A stretch of DNA of 64,000 nt from Andalucia godoyi And28 (Eukaryota; Protista; Jakobida). Where the stretch lies: assembly GCA_009859145.1 (NCBI GenBank), contig VRVR01000048.1, positions 103,763-167,762 on the forward strand, written 5' to 3'. Each line of letters begins with the position of its first letter. The first letter of the stretch is position 1. Positions 62,296-64,000 of the stretch are shown here, piece by piece. The translations under genes were made by a program, and so were the position numbers. The notes under the pieces are model-generated. The model was not told the origin of the DNA. It did no database searches and saw nothing but the letters and a program-made list of their open reading frames with translations.

Positions 62296-64000
62296 CTATG
62301 CGAGAAGAGAAGAATCCGTCTTGATCGGCGTCTGGGGTTCCAGAGCATACATGGAAGACTCCGGAGTGCCGCCTTGCGCGCTGTTGGGGGTTTCAACATC
62401 GGCACCGATCTTCTGGCTTGAAGAGAGCAGCTGCAACCCGTCATCCCCGTCTGTTGCAGTTGCTTCATCAACGGCGATGAATTCCTTGTCGGACTTCTCC
62501 TCGGTGTCTGTGATGCTTCCCGTTTCTGCAAATGAAGAGCGATTAAACCCGGGAATGTACGCAGAGTCCACACTAGACAACAGGCTCAGCTGGCCGGACG
62601 CACCATCCCCAAGTTGGCGGTGCTGATGACGGCCGTTCGGCGTCGAAAAAGACTCTCCAAGAGCAACAGAGTCTCGTTCTATGCGGCCATACTCGCCTTC
62701 CTCGGCGTGTTGTTGGCTGTCGCAGCCAATCAGCCAGTACGTGCGCACGGTCCCTTTTCCCTTGACAGCAACCTCGCCACGCAGCTCAACATTCCAGCCA
62801 CGTTGCTCCAGTGCTATTGCGGCGTCTTGGGACAGCTGCACCCGGCCTGCGGAGCCGGTGGACTCCATGCGCGATGCGAAGTTGCACGCATCTCCAAAGA
62901 CATCCAGCATGGGCTTGTTCCTTGAGAGCACCGCGCCCATGACGTGTCCAATGTGCATTCCTACGCGAATCGCAATGCATGTTCCGTGCCGCTCATTGTA
63001 TCGTTGGATATCATGAATCACAGCCAGTGCAAACCTCGCCATTGCACTGATATCATGCTCCCTAGAAATGCCCTTCAAACACGCGGCCATGTACGCATCA
63101 CCAATGGTCTTGATCTTTTCGACCCCAAATTCCTCCGCACGATCGTCAAACATTCCAAAAATCTCTGCAAGCATCTGGGTCACTTCGTGAGGGGCCATTT
63201 TGGATGATAGGGAAGTGAATCCAACCATATCCGTGAACAAGATTGTGGAGTTTTCCAGGCGCTCCGAGATTGTATCGACAGTGGGATCCTTAAGCATGCG
63301 CTCGGCAACCCTTGTCGGTAGAGTGGTCGAAAGAAGTGCAGCCATTGCTCTTGCTTGCTCTGCACGCTTCCGGTTTGAAATGTCTCTGACAATCGCTGCA
63401 AAGATGCGCGACGATTGCCCTGTTCCAATTGAGATGTCTGAGAGCGTAAGTTCGCACGGAATGAACGATCCGTCTGCTTTCTTGACGTCTCGTTCCCACG
63501 CACCCTTTCCAATTCTCAGAGCAACCCCTGTGTCCAAGTAGCGCTGCACATAGGACGCGTGGGACTTTGCCAAGTCATCGTCCATGAGCACGCTCACGTT
63601 CTGACCGACCAACGAATCAACCGAGTCGTAACCCAGCATCCGCACGCCCGCTGGATTGATACTCAAGATCACCGAGTTGGCGTCCATAGTGATGATCGCA
63701 TCCGATGCAGCCTCGAAAATCGCCCGAGCACGGACTGCGGTCGCTCGCGAGTTCGTCACATCCTCAATCACCAAGCATGCACACATGTTTCCTTGAACAT
63801 CAATGCGGGACACGTGCACCTCGGCAAGAAACTCGCTACCGTCTTTTTTCGTCCCGGAAACCTCCATTGTTTTCGTCCCCAAATTCTCTTCCTCGACTTC
63901 CTTCTCTGCATGTTTCACTTGCTCTGAACCCGAAGAGGGCGACGCGTTGACGTGCAGCCCAGTCGCCGCTGCATCTGCATGCAAATGTCTGGGATACAGA
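62296..64000 (-). CDS. PAS-domain class III adenylyl cyclase (5' end beyond window)
   Basis: ILFTDMVGFT, EKIKTIGDAYM, RVGMHIG, DVFGDACNFASRMES; K and D specificity residues indicate ATP; at least two PAS repeats. Confidence 0.92.
   Translation of the reverse strand, partial: LYPRHLHADAAATGLHVNASPSSGSEQVKHAEKEVEEENLGTKTMEVSGTKKDGSEFLAEVHVSRIDVQGNMCACLVIEDVTNSRATAVRARAIFEAASDAIITMDANSVILSINPAGVRMLGYDSVDSLVGQNVSVLMDDDLAKSHASYVQRYLDTGVALRIGKGAWERDVKKADGSFIPCELTLSDISIGTGQSSRIFAAIVRDISNRKRAEQARAMAALLSTTLPTRVAERMLKDPTVDTISERLENSTILFTDMVGFTSLSSKMAPHEVTQMLAEIFGMFDDRAEEFGVEKIKTIGDAYMAACLKGISREHDISAMARFALAVIHDIQRYNERHGTCIAIRVGMHIGHVMGAVLSRNKPMLDVFGDACNFASRMESTGSAGRVQLSQDAAIALEQRGWNVELRGEVAVKGKGTVRTYWLIGCDSQQHAEEGEYGRIERDSVALGESFSTPNGRHQHRQLGDGASGQLSLLSSVDSAYIPGFNRSSFAETGSITDTEEKSDKEFIAVDEATATDGDDGLQLLSSSQKIGADVETPNSAQGGTPESSMYALEPQTPIKTDSSLLA

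Noticed and set aside
1-64000. CRISPR arrays, tRNA/rRNA genes, guide-to-target matches within the window, and an intact Fanzor or TnpA ORF
   Set aside because: None found by eye. Tandem repeats are simple microsatellites, and the predicted guide flanks had no convincing second match in the window

Overview
Gene-dense (~50% GC) eukaryotic window from a compact protist genome. It has few short GT-AG introns (GTATGT donors), many microsatellites and about 30 host genes, mostly housekeeping, mitochondrial or signalling. The gene set, especially a mitochondrion-targeted short rubrerythrin, is compatible with a jakobid-like flagellate, but the organism cannot be determined from the sequence. The main discovery is at least seven decayed IS607-type Fanzor2 (eukaryotic TnpB) element remnants in intergenic spaces between 1 and 43.2 kb; the ORF track shows them only as short junk ORFs. 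They fall into about four subfamilies. All end in the same AGGCG terminus. The six copies whose 3' region is complete carry a ~90-110 nt candidate omegaRNA scaffold with a pseudoknot helix that covaries between subfamilies; the copy at 1-51 is cut by the window edge. One internally deleted form occurs twice, and one locus is a head-to-head fusion with two outward-facing omegaRNA ends. No intact Fanzor or TnpA gene is in the window. Unusual host proteins include a DOCK-scaffold/RasGEF chimera, a PIK3R5(p101)-like protein, a 7TM-RGS protein, and a FixL-like heme-PAS adenylyl cyclase. All protein assignments come from motif recognition by eye, not database searches.
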